Of a stretch of 64,000 nucleotides of DNA, positions 30,605-41,699 are shown one piece after another. The stretch's first letter is position 1, and each line of letters begins with the position of its first letter. Origin of the DNA: Nitrospirota bacterium. GTDB lineage: Bacteria > Nitrospirota > Thermodesulfovibrionia > Thermodesulfovibrionales > Dissulfurispiraceae. The position numbers and the translations under genes were made by a program. The notes beneath the pieces were generated by a model. That model made no database searches. It was not told the DNA's origin and was given only the letters and a program-made list of their open reading frames with translations. Location: positions 448,001 to 512,000 of the forward strand of contig CAVPZX010000002.1 of assembly GCA_963710375.1 (NCBI GenBank), in the 5' to 3' direction.

Positions 30605-30674
30605 AGATAAAAATAACGAACTATGTAGAAACAGCAGACTTCGTCTGCAAAATACCAGGGGTTGGAGGAAGTTA

Positions 30675-32054
30675 ATGAAAGACATTAAGAGCATAACACT
30701 TGCAGTACTGGCGGTAATGGCTCTGCTCTTTTTATCAGCGGGTCTGCTTTATGCCGAAGATCAGAAACTGCCCGGAGCAGAAGCGCCGGCAACACAAGCT
30801 GTTTCACCGGCACAAGCTGCCGCACCTGCACCGGCGCCCAAAATTGACACCGGAGATACGGCATGGATGATAGTTGCAACGTCATTTGTTATGCTTATGA
30901 CGTTGCCTGGACTGGCCCTGTTCTATGGGGGCATGGCAAAAGGCAAAAATGTCCTGAACACTCTGGCCATGTCTTTTGCCACATTCGCTATAGTAAGCGT
31001 TTTATGGGTGCTTTACGGTTATACCTTTGCATTCGGCACCGATGTAAAAGGCATCATCGGCAGCGCGGAGAAACTGTTTCTTTCGCACGTCGGAATAAAT
31101 AGTATCACTGACCTTGCCAAAACAATACCCGAGTTCGTATTCGTGGCCTACCAACTCACCTTTGCCGCTATTACTGTTGCTTTGGCAAGCGGTTCATATG
31201 TGGAAAGGATGAAGTTCTCTGCCTGGGTGCTCTTCTCCGTACTCTGGCTAACCTTTACCTATCTTCCTATAGCCCATTGGGTGTGGGGGAACGGCTTCCT
31301 GGCTAAGTTGGGCGCACTTGATTTTGCAGGGGGAACCGTCGTTCATATCAATGCCGGCGTAGCAGGGCTTGTTGGTGCGCTAATGCTCGGAAAAAGAAAA
31401 GATCCGACATACAAGCCAAACAATCTTCCATTTGTAGTAATCGGAGCAGGACTTCTTTGGTTCGGATGGTTCGGATTTAACGCAGGGTCAGCCCTGGCGG
31501 CAAACGGCCTTGCAGGGGCTGCCTTTATGAATACCAATACGGCAACAGCCATGGCGACAATTGCCTGGATGGTGACTGAGTGGATACATGCCGGAAAACC
31601 TACTGTACTCGGTCTGGCCTCAGGCGCTGTTGCGGGACTCGTCACTATAACCCCGGCTGCCGGTTTTGTGAATATAACGGGATCAATTGTTATCGGTATA
31701 GCGGCAGGAGTGATTCCATATTTAGCGGTTGCATTCCTCAAACCTAAATTAGGCTACGATGATGCACTCGACGCCTTCGGAGTTCATGCAGTCGGCGGCA
31801 CAGTTGGAGCACTTCTTACAGGTATTTTGGCCGATCCTGCGATTAATGATGCAGGCAAGGGTGTACTTTACGGGAACCCGGGACAGTTCATGACCCAGCT
31901 AATAGCAGTATGCGTAACCATTGCCTACACGGCGGTCACGACCTTCATAATTTTCACGATTATCAAAGCATTTATCGGTATTAGGGTCGATCTGGAGCAG
32001 GAAGTTACGGGTCTTGACGAAACACAGCATGGCGAAAGGGCATATAACATATAA
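30675..32054 (+). CDS. amtB: Ammonium transporter
   Basis: DFAGGTVVH, LWFGWFGFNAGS, DDALDAFGVH and GLD...HGE.AY. Confidence 0.97.
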   Translation: MKDIKSITLAVLAVMALLFLSAGLLYAEDQKLPGAEAPATQAVSPAQAAAPAPAPKIDTGDTAWMIVATSFVMLMTLPGLALFYGGMAKGKNVLNTLAMSFATFAIVSVLWVLYGYTFAFGTDVKGIIGSAEKLFLSHVGINSITDLAKTIPEFVFVAYQLTFAAITVALASGSYVERMKFSAWVLFSVLWLTFTYLPIAHWVWGNGFLAKLGALDFAGGTVVHINAGVAGLVGALMLGKRKDPTYKPNNLPFVVIGAGLLWFGWFGFNAGSALAANGLAGAAFMNTNTATAMATIAWMVTEWIHAGKPTVLGLASGAVAGLVTITPAAGFVNITGSIVIGIAAGVIPYLAVAFLKPKLGYDDALDAFGVHAVGGTVGALLTGILADPAINDAGKGVLYGNPGQFMTQLIAVCVTIAYTAVTTFIIFTIIKAFIGIRVDLEQEVTGLDETQHGERAYNI

Positions 32055-32059
32055 AATGC

Positions 32060-32110
32060 AGGCTGAGGTCAAGGTTCTGTAAACCTCAACCTCGGCCTTA
32101 GCCTTAACTT
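32060..32110. repeat. Inverted hexamer tandem-repeat element
   Basis: AGGCTG AGGTCA AGGTT ... AACCT CAACCT CGGCCT TAGCCT. Confidence 0.75.
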
Positions 32111-32127
32111 TAATACAGAGGAGATAA

Positions 32128-32469
<342 letters not shown>

Positions 32470-32592
32470 AGAGGTTGTTTTTCCTGGTGTAACTGATTGT
32501 CTGACTAAAGGATGGAGGTCCCTTTTATCGCCAAACTCCCTGTTTTTTAGGCATTGCAATTCTGTTACATCACTTGTTATCATAAGGCCCAT

Positions 32593-33291
32593 ATGTCTGT
32601 CCTAATCTGCAAGAATATAGAGACGGAAGGTCCGGGCACTATTGGGGATTTCCTCAATGAAAAAAATATTAACTATGCTGTTCTTGAGTTGTCAAAGAGC
32701 GCAGATATCCCCGACGCTGCTGATTTTGATACCCTGCTGATGATGGGTGGCCCCATGAGCGTAAACGAGGATGATATCTATCCCTATATCAAGAAAGAAG
32801 AAAGGCTTGTAAGGGATTTTATCGCCCGGGACAAACGGGTCCTCGGGGTATGCCTCGGAGCTCAGATAATGGCAAAGGCTCTTGGGTCAAGGGTATATAA
32901 GGGAGCTGAAACAGAGATAGGCTGGTACGATATCGACATTACCGAGGAGGGACTCAGGGACAATCTTATAGCGCGCCTTGCAACTAATCCTCAGAAAGGT
33001 GATATTTGGAGGAAATTCAAAGTCTTCCACTGGCACGGCGAGACATTCGATATACCGAAGGGTGCTGTCAGACTGGCAAGTTCGGCTCTTTATCCGAACC
33101 AGGCATTCAGGTACGGCAAAAATGCTTACGCATTTCAGTTCCATATCGAAGTGCAAAAGGCTATGGTTTTTGAGTGGCTGAAAAACGAGGCCATAGATCT
33201 CGATAAAATAAAAGCCGAAACAGAAGAGCTATATAATGTTTATAATACGCGGGCATATAAATTTTATGAACTATTTTTTCAAACTGTATGA
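32593..33291 (+). CDS. Type 1 glutamine amidotransferase
   Basis: GGPMS, GVCLGAQ, WHGETF and FQFHIE. Confidence 0.9.
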   Translation: MSVLICKNIETEGPGTIGDFLNEKNINYAVLELSKSADIPDAADFDTLLMMGGPMSVNEDDIYPYIKKEERLVRDFIARDKRVLGVCLGAQIMAKALGSRVYKGAETEIGWYDIDITEEGLRDNLIARLATNPQKGDIWRKFKVFHWHGETFDIPKGAVRLASSALYPNQAFRYGKNAYAFQFHIEVQKAMVFEWLKNEAIDLDKIKAETEELYNVYNTRAYKFYELFFQTV

Positions 33292-33308
33292 AGATCTGCG
33301 GGAGGTGA

Positions 33309-33650
<342 letters not shown>

Positions 33651-33655
33651 ACTAA

Positions 33656-33736
33656 AGGTTAAGGTTGAGGGTAAGAACTGAAAATTTTTAAGATGTCTTA
33701 GCTTTCAAATCTCAACCTCTGCCTTGACCTTATCCT
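33656..33736. repeat. Inverted hexamer tandem-repeat element
   Basis: AGGTTA AGGTTG AGGGTA ... CAACCT CTGCCT TGACCT TATCCT. Confidence 0.75.
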
Positions 33737-33756
33737 AATAAAATAAAGGAGGATTT

Positions 33757-35169
33757 ATGACACCGAAAGACGTAATCAAGATGGCCGAGGAGAACAAGGC
33801 AGTGATGGTGGACTTCAAGTTCCTTGATTTTCCAGGTCTCTGGCAGCACTTTGCAGCGCCGGTCAGCGAGTTAAAAGAGGAAGTATTCAGTGAGGGGCTT
33901 GGATTTGACGGCTCTTCAATCAGGGGATGGCAGGCTATCCACACCTCTGACATGCTAGTCGTTCCTGATCCCTCCACCGCAATTATGGACCCTTTTACAG
34001 AGCGCCCCATGCTGAGCCTGATCTGTAACATTGTAGACCCGATCACAAAAGAATCATACACAAGGGACCCAAGGTACATTGCGCAGAAAGCGGAAGCGTA
34101 TCTCAAATCGACAGGGATAGGTGACACGGCTTATTTCGGCCCTGAGGCTGAATTTTTTATCTTTGACGATATAATGTTCGACCAGAATTCTCACAGCGGT
34201 TATTATTTCCTTGATTCGGTTGAGGGCATCTGGAACTCAGGCCGCGACGAGAAACCCAACCTGGGCTACAAGCCGAGGCACAAAGAGGGATATTTCCCAG
34301 TGCCTCCGATGGACAGCCAGGAGGATTTAAGGACAGAGATGGTGGTTGAGATGCTGAAATGCGGCATCTATGTAGAAAAGGAACACCACGAAGTCGCCAC
34401 AGCAGGACAGGCTGAAATCGACATGAGGTTTGAGTCCCTGGTCAAGATGGCAGACTACCTGATGCTCTTTAAATATATAATCAAGAATGTAGCCAAGAGG
34501 CACGGCAAGACAGTGACCTTTATGCCGAAGCCGATATTCGGGGACAACGGTTCCGGGATGCACACCCATCAGAGCATATGGAAAAACGGCAAGCCTGTAT
34601 TTGCCGGCAACGGCTACGCAGGGCTCAGCGAGACCGCTATTTATTATATCGGCGGGGTTCTGAAGCATGCGAAATCCCTGGCGGCCCTAACCAACCCGAC
34701 GACTAACTCATACAAGAGACTGACACCTGGGTTTGAAGCTCCGGTGAACCTTGCCTATTCTGCGAGGAACCGCTCGGCATGTGTAAGGATACCCACATAC
34801 TCAGCCAGCCCTAAGACAAAGAGGGCGGAAGTGCGGTTCCCTGATCCATCGTGCAATCCTTACCTGGCCTTTGCCGCGATGCTGATGGCAGGTCTTGACG
34901 GGATCGAGAACAAGATACATCCTGGCGAGCCGCTTGACAAGGACATCTATGAACTCGGCCCGGAGGAACTTGCCTCAGTGCCGACCATGCCGGCAAGTCT
35001 GGAAGAGGCACTCAACCATCTTGAGGAAGACCATGAGTACCTGATGAAAGGGAACGTATTCACCGATGATGCCCTTGAAACATGGATCAGCTACAAGAGA
35101 TCCAAAGAAGTAGATGCCCTCAGATTGAGGCCCCATCCTTATGAGTTCTTCCTTTACTACGATATATAG
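33757..35169 (+). CDS. glnA: Glutamine synthetase type I
   Basis: [25 protein letters not shown] and adenylylation site DKDIY. Confidence 0.97.
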   Translation: MTPKDVIKMAEENKAVMVDFKFLDFPGLWQHFAAPVSELKEEVFSEGLGFDGSSIRGWQAIHTSDMLVVPDPSTAIMDPFTERPMLSLICNIVDPITKESYTRDPRYIAQKAEAYLKSTGIGDTAYFGPEAEFFIFDDIMFDQNSHSGYYFLDSVEGIWNSGRDEKPNLGYKPRHKEGYFPVPPMDSQEDLRTEMVVEMLKCGIYVEKEHHEVATAGQAEIDMRFESLVKMADYLMLFKYIIKNVAKRHGKTVTFMPKPIFGDNGSGMHTHQSIWKNGKPVFAGNGYAGLSETAIYYIGGVLKHAKSLAALTNPTTNSYKRLTPGFEAPVNLAYSARNRSACVRIPTYSASPKTKRAEVRFPDPSCNPYLAFAAMLMAGLDGIENKIHPGEPLDKDIYELGPEELASVPTMPASLEEALNHLEEDHEYLMKGNVFTDDALETWISYKRSKEVDALRLRPHPYEFFLYYDI

Positions 35170-35189
35170 AATAGAGTTTCAAAAGTAAT

Positions 35190-35224
35190 AAAAAGGGGGG
35201 ACTCTATCGAGTCCCCCCTTTTTT
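35190..35224. terminator. Bidirectional intrinsic terminator
   Basis: A5-GGGGGGACTC-tatc-GAGTCCCCCC-T6. Confidence 0.9.
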
Positions 35225-35240
35225 CTATTAATTGATTGGT

Positions 35241-35771
35241 TTATTTATTTTCAATAGCTTTTGTTGCGACCGCTGCCATTTCCTCCTCTTCAACCTTGCC
35301 AAGCAGTCTGTCCATATCCAGCAATATAATAAGGCGTTCTTCCACTTTGGCTATGCCTTTTATGAACTCGGCGGCAATATTGGATGCCATCGGGGGGGTA
35401 GGCTCAACCGTCGTAGAAGGAATTCTCAGCACTTCCGATACTGAATCAACAACAAGACCCATGGTAATGCCCTGTATATCCATAATCATTATCCGTGTCT
35501 GCTCGTTGTTCTCCTTACTTTCCAGGCCGAACTTCCTCCTGAGATTCACAACAGGTATCACCTTGCCCCTCAGGTTAATAACGCCCTCCACATAAGGCGG
35601 GGAGTTCGGCACCCGTGTAATTTCCTTCATCCTGTTAATCTCCTGCACCTTGAGGATAGCCACAGCATATTCCTCGCTGCCCAAATTAAATGTAACCAGT
35701 TGCAAAAGCTCCTCGCCCACTGCTGACTTTATTGCATCTGCGGAACCCTTTGTCTCTACCAATGCGCCCAT
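35241..35771 (-). CDS. cheW: Chemotaxis coupling protein CheW (orphan)
   Basis: QLVTF, VQEINR, GVINLRGKVIPV and GLVVDSVSEV. Confidence 0.93.
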   Translation of the reverse strand: MGALVETKGSADAIKSAVGEELLQLVTFNLGSEEYAVAILKVQEINRMKEITRVPNSPPYVEGVINLRGKVIPVVNLRRKFGLESKENNEQTRIMIMDIQGITMGLVVDSVSEVLRIPSTTVEPTPPMASNIAAEFIKGIAKVEERLIILLDMDRLLGKVEEEEMAAVATKAIENK

Positions 35772-35858
35772 ATGACACCTCCACCTAAAAAAGTAGTCTT
35801 TAATTATGGCGTAGAATTTCTATATTGTTTCTCATTATACCGAATTGCGCCGTTTTTT

Positions 35859-38702
35859 TCATTCCCCTAAGCTCTTCCACATGCTGCTGACCAGCGCCTT
35901 CCTCCGGTTCAATGTTTCCAGAATGTCCTCACTGCTTAAATCAACGATATCGGCCAACCCCTGCAGGACGGTGCCGTTCCTTTTCAATGTCCCCTCATTT
36001 CTCAGTCGGAGCATCGTTTCAATATTCCGGTAAAAAACATACGTTTCGCTGAGCATAGTGGCATCGCTATCTTTCAAAATGCCTGCCCTATTGATGCGTC
36101 GTATCGCATCAATAGTATTCTGCACCAGAAGTTCAGGGTGACTTCTGCAGTGTTTCATCTGCAGATACTGAACGATAAATTCAAGCTCACCAAGCCCCCC
36201 CGTCCCCCGCTTTATATCATAGGCTCCCTCAGCCAACGATTCCCTTGAGAGTTCCTTTACGATCCTTTCACGCATTTTTTTTATTTCCGATACAGTAATG
36301 TCTCCGCCTCTGGCAAGCAAGACTTCCCTTCTCATGCTCATAAAAGACCTGTTCATATAGTTGTCGCCGGTAATGGGTCGGGCCTTAAGCAGGGCCTGCA
36401 GTTCCCACAACCAGGCGTGGTGCGTATAGTAAGCGGCCAGGCCATCCAGCGAGCTTACGAGCGGCCCCTTATTTCCGTCGGGACGCAGGCGAGTATCAAT
36501 GTTGTAAGCCATGCCGTCCTTTGTGTAAGACATGGCAAATCTCAGTACACGCTCTGCTGCTTTTATATCATCGGCCGACGGCTCATCGCGTGTCAAAAAT
36601 ATTATATCCAGATCAGAATTAAATGTAATTTCCCGCCCGCCCATCTTCCCATAACTGACTACGGAAAGTGATGGTGACGAATGGTCCTGCTCCAGTACAA
36701 GCAGTTCTATAATGGCCTCTGCAACCTTGCTCAGCGATTTCATAAGCTCCAGTACATCCATCCGCCTGTCCAAAAAAAGAATTCCGAGCCCGACCTCTTC
36801 GAGCCTCTTAAACAGACGTACAGCCGTATATGTCCCGTGCAGTCCGGCAAGCACCGTCAATTCTTTTTTCAGACTTGTGAGCCTCTTTTTCCTTGCCCCG
36901 CCTTCTGCAAGAGATTCCAGGTACACTGTATTGCTCATAAGTATTTTCGAGAGGTACTCGCTATGCGAGAAAATGAAAGTGAGGCTCGAAATTAATTCCA
37001 TCTGCTGGGCTATTGTTTCCAGATATGATTCTTTTCTCGCCATAAGCGCCGCAAAATCTACCAGATGAAGCAGTGCAAGGTCTGCGTCAGTGCTTTGCAG
37101 CGCCCCTTCAATGAAGCGGGGCAAAAGATCTTCGAGAAGCCTTCTACCCCGTATTGTCTGAAAAGAATTGACCGTATTCCTGATCTTCATTAAATAATGT
37201 ATTGCCCTCTTGGCATCCTTTATTCCTCTCTTTGAGAGCTCTTCCGTCAGAAGATGCTCATCAGGCATATCCATATCCCAGAACTCAGCGCTCAGGATGC
37301 CAAGATACGGCGACCCGGAAGCGTCTCCCACGAAAAGCAGTGAATCGTATATTGATCGCACCTTATGCCTTCTCTTTGTCATCTCTTCCAGGAAGGCTTT
37401 CCCGCTGCCAAAGCCCATCCGTTTGCCGAGGCTGTCAACCTCGTGTTCACCTGCAGGGACTGTGTGGGTTTGGATATCGTTCATCTGCTGGAGACGGTGC
37501 TCGAGCGTCCTCAGAAAAATATAGTTCTCAAACAGATGGTGAAAATCCTCGTAGCCTATAAGCCCCTTCTGCAAGAGACGGTGAAGGGTACGGAAAGTGC
37601 TCCTCTCCCTGATCAGCACTTCCTTCCCGCCGTAAATAAGTTGGAATATTTGTATGAAAAACTCTATTTCCCGTATGCCTCCGTAGCCCCTCTTTATGTC
37701 ACTGCTCAGCGTGGAACCCCCTAAAGTCGCGTGACTTTTGGGGGACCTTTTCCCGGATTTTATCTGTTCCACCTGGGACTTCATGCGTCTTATTTCGTCA
37801 ATTGCATCAAAGCCGAGATATTTCCTGTATACAAAAGGCCGTATCATCTCGAGGAATTCCTTTCCCAGGGCCTGGTCTCCAGCCACAACACGGGCCCTGA
37901 GAAGCGCTGCCCTCTCCCATAGTTGTCCCCAGGACTCGTAATACTCCTCATGCTCCCTTAACGATAGCGCAAGGCTGCCGCGCTGCCCCTGCGGCCTTAG
38001 CCGTAAATCGATACGGTACACAAAACCATCGCCTGTATTGGCGGAAAGAAAGCGCGTATAATCTTCCACAAGTTTCGAGTAATATTCAAGCGCGGTAATC
38101 TTGTTTATCGTGACACCCTGAACTGAAGTAATCCCGGCTGTTTCTCCTTCATCCCTGTAGACGAATATGATGTCAACATCGGAGCTGTAATTAAGTTCTT
38201 GTGCGCCCAGCTTACCAAGTCCTATTACAGCTAATGTGTTGCTCCCCGGACTTCCGTACCGTTTTGCAATAAAAGGCTCTACAAAAATCAGGGACTCATC
38301 CAATACCACATCAGCAAGATTGCTCATATCGAGCATCAATGATTGGAGATCAGCAAGCTTTAGAATATCCTTAAGGGTAATAATAAGAAACTTCTGCTTT
38401 CGGAAGCGCCGCACTGCGCTCATGCCGTCATCTATCGACGCACAGTCGCCTAATATGCTTCTTAGTTCATTCTGGAGATATGACTTTTCAAAAGATTCGT
38501 CCAGATTCTTGAGTGCATGGAATAATGCATCCGGGTACTGTATGGAGTAATTTGCAAGGAACTGGCTAAATGAAAACAACATGGCTGCCCGGGACAAGTT
38601 ATGCTTCAGTTTCCCCTCATACCCCGGGTTTTGAGAGAGGAAGGCTTTTATATTATTGCCGGCACGTTCAGGATCAGGACAGGATGTTAAGTACTTTTTC
38701 AC
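35859..38702 (-). CDS. glnE: Glutamine synthetase adenylyltransferase/deadenylase
   Basis: Two NT domains: GKLGAQELNYSSDVD and GKMGGREITFNSDLD; DLRLRP and DTRLRP. Confidence 0.93.
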   Translation of the reverse strand: MKKYLTSCPDPERAGNNIKAFLSQNPGYEGKLKHNLSRAAMLFSFSQFLANYSIQYPDALFHALKNLDESFEKSYLQNELRSILGDCASIDDGMSAVRRFRKQKFLIITLKDILKLADLQSLMLDMSNLADVVLDESLIFVEPFIAKRYGSPGSNTLAVIGLGKLGAQELNYSSDVDIIFVYRDEGETAGITSVQGVTINKITALEYYSKLVEDYTRFLSANTGDGFVYRIDLRLRPQGQRGSLALSLREHEEYYESWGQLWERAALLRARVVAGDQALGKEFLEMIRPFVYRKYLGFDAIDEIRRMKSQVEQIKSGKRSPKSHATLGGSTLSSDIKRGYGGIREIEFFIQIFQLIYGGKEVLIRERSTFRTLHRLLQKGLIGYEDFHHLFENYIFLRTLEHRLQQMNDIQTHTVPAGEHEVDSLGKRMGFGSGKAFLEEMTKRRHKVRSIYDSLLFVGDASGSPYLGILSAEFWDMDMPDEHLLTEELSKRGIKDAKRAIHYLMKIRNTVNSFQTIRGRRLLEDLLPRFIEGALQSTDADLALLHLVDFAALMARKESYLETIAQQMELISSLTFIFSHSEYLSKILMSNTVYLESLAEGGARKKRLTSLKKELTVLAGLHGTYTAVRLFKRLEEVGLGILFLDRRMDVLELMKSLSKVAEAIIELLVLEQDHSSPSLSVVSYGKMGGREITFNSDLDIIFLTRDEPSADDIKAAERVLRFAMSYTKDGMAYNIDTRLRPDGNKGPLVSSLDGLAAYYTHHAWLWELQALLKARPITGDNYMNRSFMSMRREVLLARGGDITVSEIKKMRERIVKELSRESLAEGAYDIKRGTGGLGELEFIVQYLQMKHCRSHPELLVQNTIDAIRRINRAGILKDSDATMLSETYVFYRNIETMLRLRNEGTLKRNGTVLQGLADIVDLSSEDILETLNRRKALVSSMWKSLGE

Positions 38703-39541
38703 TTTTCATTTTGCCACAGGCGCGGATCGAGTGCATCGCGCAACCCCTCGCCGACAAGATTATAACTGAGCACGGTAATGAGAATGGCAAGGCCGGGGAA
38801 TAGCGAAAGCCACCACGCAACAGTGATATAGTCCTTGCCGGACGTAAGGATATTCCCCCAGCTCGGTTCAGGCGGCTGCACACCCAGGCCGAGGAAAGAG
38901 AGGCCGGATTCCGTCAGGATCGCCCCTGCTATGCCGAACGTTGCAGCAACAAACACGGGAGAAAGGGCATTCGGGATAATATGCCTGAAGATAATACGGA
39001 AATCGCTCGCGCCGATAGCCCTGGCAGCCGAGACAAAGTCGCGCTCTTTGAGTGTCAAGAATTCGGCCCTTACAAGACGTGCAACATCCATCCAGCCGGT
39101 AAGGCCTATAATAATCATTATAGTGGATATGCTAGGCTCCACAATCGCGATGACCGCAAGGATCAGGAAGAATGTGGGGAAGGCAAGCATTATGTCGACA
39201 AACCGCATCAGCAGAGAATCTATCGTGCCCCCGTAGAACCCTGCTATTGAGCCGAGAACCGTTCCTATGGTTATCGCGATGCCCACGGCAATAAAACCGA
39301 CCTTAAGGGAAGCGCGGCTCCCCCATATAATTCGGGACAAAACATCCCTTCCCAGGTCGTCAGTACCTAAAAGATGCGCGCTATTCGGAGGTGAGAGAAC
39401 ATTATATACATTGATCGTTGCAGGTCCGTATGGCGCGATAAGCGGTGCAAACAGTGCAACCGTTGCCAGTATCAATATAATGATCAGTCCTGTAACTGAC
39501 AGAGGGTTTTCCCTGAATCGTCTCCACACTATCTGTATCAT
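38699..39541 (-). CDS. Peptide ABC transporter permease (OppC/DppC-like)
   Basis: [16 protein letters not shown] and LSFLGLG. Confidence 0.92.
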   Translation of the reverse strand: MIQIVWRRFRENPLSVTGLIIILILATVALFAPLIAPYGPATINVYNVLSPPNSAHLLGTDDLGRDVLSRIIWGSRASLKVGFIAVGIAITIGTVLGSIAGFYGGTIDSLLMRFVDIMLAFPTFFLILAVIAIVEPSISTIMIIIGLTGWMDVARLVRAEFLTLKERDFVSAARAIGASDFRIIFRHIIPNALSPVFVAATFGIAGAILTESGLSFLGLGVQPPEPSWGNILTSGKDYITVAWWLSLFPGLAILITVLSYNLVGEGLRDALDPRLWQNEK

Positions 39542-40512
39542 TCCCTCACCCGTATTCTGGGGTCTACAAGTGCATAAGATATATCGGCAATCAGATTACC
39601 GATCAGCGTCAATATGGCGCCAATGACAAGTATGCCCATTATCGTAGGGTAATCCCTTGACATAGTGGACATCCAAAATAACTGTCCCATGCCCGGAATA
39701 GCAAAGATGCTTTCAAAGATCACCGAACCTCCGATAAGCCCCGGCACAGCAAGCCCAAGGATCGTTACAATAGGCATAAGGGCATTGCGGAGAGCATGGG
39801 TAATTATAATTTCTGACTCCTTCAGGCCCTTAGCACGAGCTGTCCTTATATAGTCTTGCCTGATCACCTCAAGCATGCTCGACCGGCTGTATCTGCTGAA
39901 GCCTGCAATACCCCCAAATGCGCTTAACAACACCGGGAGAATCAGATGTCTTGCCTGGTCAATTACCCTCTCAAGAAAACTCATACCGGATACATCGATG
40001 CTCTGAATACCTGAGATAGGGAGCAATCCAAGGGTAACTCCGAAAACGATCATCATGATCAAGGCAAGCCAGAAAGCCGGCGTTGAGAAGCCCAAGAACA
40101 CAAATAGTGTTGTCAATTTGTCAAAAAGAGAGTACTGTTTCACAGCTGACAGAATACCTACAGGAATTGCTATGATCATGATAAGAATTAAAGAAAGAAT
40201 ATTGATTTTCAGCGTAACCGGAATCCGTTCGCCTATTTTATCAGCGACCTTTTTACCGTCAACAAAAGACGTTCCGAAGTCCAGTTTCACAAACCTCTTG
40301 AGCCATTCAATATACTGCACATGCAGAGGCTTGTCGAGACCGTAAAGTTTCTTGAGATTCTCTCTAGCCTCAGCAGATGACTTGAGGGACATCTGGGCTT
40401 CAACCTCCACAGGGCCTCCCGGCGCAAGATGTATGACAATAAAGGTGATGAGCGTAATCCCGAAAATAAGGGGTACCATCGACGCAAGGCGTTTAAGGAT
40501 ATACAAAGACAT
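39538..40512 (-). CDS. Peptide ABC transporter permease (OppB/DppB-like)
   Basis: TARAKGL, HALRNA and DPRIR. Confidence 0.92.
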   Translation of the reverse strand: MSLYILKRLASMVPLIFGITLITFIVIHLAPGGPVEVEAQMSLKSSAEARENLKKLYGLDKPLHVQYIEWLKRFVKLDFGTSFVDGKKVADKIGERIPVTLKINILSLILIMIIAIPVGILSAVKQYSLFDKLTTLFVFLGFSTPAFWLALIMMIVFGVTLGLLPISGIQSIDVSGMSFLERVIDQARHLILPVLLSAFGGIAGFSRYSRSSMLEVIRQDYIRTARAKGLKESEIIITHALRNALMPIVTILGLAVPGLIGGSVIFESIFAIPGMGQLFWMSTMSRDYPTIMGILVIGAILTLIGNLIADISYALVDPRIRVRE

Positions 40513-40562
40513 ATAACTAACTTAATGGAATGCGGGAGCAAAGTCAACAAATTGAGCCATTG

Positions 40563-40732
40563 GGTAGTGGGCCAGTTTGTTTTTGCTCTGTATCAATTAG
40601 CCGTTCAATTCAATCACTGGCCTGTATTGAGCATTATCTGTGGTCGCCATTTCTGTATATGTGGGCTCGGCGTTACTCGCCCTTTACTGATAACCCAGGT
40701 GATACAGAGCAAAAACAAACTGGCCCACTACC
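40563..40732. mobile_element. 170-bp MITE with 33-bp perfect TIR and 8-bp TSD
   Basis: GGTAGTGGGCCAGTTTGTTTTTGCTCTGTATCA and its exact reverse complement at 40700-40732; AGCCATTG on both sides. Confidence 0.93.
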
Positions 40733-40776
40733 AGCCATTGCAGAACAAACAGACCTGCCGGCAATGACGATATCAT

Positions 40777-41514
40777 TCACAAGCTGCCGCTGTAGTAGCT
40801 TTGCATCTCATCAGTATAACTGCCGTCTTCATTATAGATAATAAGGGGTTTTTCTATTTTCATTCCAGCTCTGGCTCCCCTGGCCGCATCAATAAGAAGC
40901 ATCTTTGCATCAGAGGAAGCAGTGGAATGAACGCACCTGACCCGTTTTACTTCCAGCCCGTTGTCCCTCATAACACTTATAATCTCGGCCAACCGCTCCG
41001 GCAAATGAATGACGCACAGCCTTCCGTGATGCTTCAATAGGACCGAGCCTGCCTTTACCAAGTCCTCCAGGGAAAGCAGTATTTCATGCCTGGCGATTGC
41101 CTTTTCATCATCGGGATTGATCAACCCTGAGTTTATCCTTCTGTATGGCGGGTTTGAGACAACAAGATCGAAGGACGAGGGATGTAGCGCGGAGGAGCCG
41201 AATCCGTTGCCAGAGGACAGCGACCTTATATCCATTCTGATCACCCCGACCCGCTCCTCAAGCCTGTTCAATGCAATATTTCTCTCTGCAAGCCTGGCAA
41301 GGCTCTCCTGCAATTCGATCAGTTTGACCTTTGCTCCCGGGCATTTCATGGCAAGGAGCAAGCCAATAATGCCGGAACCTGTTCCGAAGTCAGCGATGTT
41401 CTTTGCTGCGGGCCGTTCGGAAAAAGAAGCGAGCAGCAAGGCATCAACCGAAAAACGGTAACCCTTTTTATTCTGGTGAATTTTGATATCCCTCAAAAAA
41501 TCCAGTGTAGTCAT
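40777..41514 (-). CDS. tRNA1(Val) A37 N6-methyltransferase-like protein
   Basis: GYRFSVDALLL, DFGTGSG, NPPY and IARHE. Confidence 0.88.
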   Translation of the reverse strand: MTTLDFLRDIKIHQNKKGYRFSVDALLLASFSERPAAKNIADFGTGSGIIGLLLAMKCPGAKVKLIELQESLARLAERNIALNRLEERVGVIRMDIRSLSSGNGFGSSALHPSSFDLVVSNPPYRRINSGLINPDDEKAIARHEILLSLEDLVKAGSVLLKHHGRLCVIHLPERLAEIISVMRDNGLEVKRVRCVHSTASSDAKMLLIDAARGARAGMKIEKPLIIYNEDGSYTDEMQSYYSGSL

Positions 41515-41631
41515 ATGAAGATTATTGATAAAAGACGCTAAACATCATTCTATTTAATATTATTTACGCCGTTTTTGCCATCTCTCATTGAATTGTTTTA
41601 TAAGCTCTCAATTGCGGTTCTCAGGCCTCAA

Positions 41632-41699
41632 GGGTCTGCGAATAAACAACTTGCACATTGATACATCTCAGCTTCACGTCATCTTTGCCCGATGCTCAG
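41632..41699. mobile_element. Partial copy of the 20241-20420 MITE
   Basis: 57/68 identity by hand alignment to the reverse complement of the MITE right arm. Confidence 0.8.

Noticed and set aside
40429..40841. ORFs 40429-40767 and 40530-40841
   Set aside because: They span the MITE and overlap real genes; no transposase motifs.
41165..41215. Possible heptamer-derived insert (SSALHPSS) in the tRNA methyltransferase
   Set aside because: Only about two recognisable units; too weak without an ortholog alignment.
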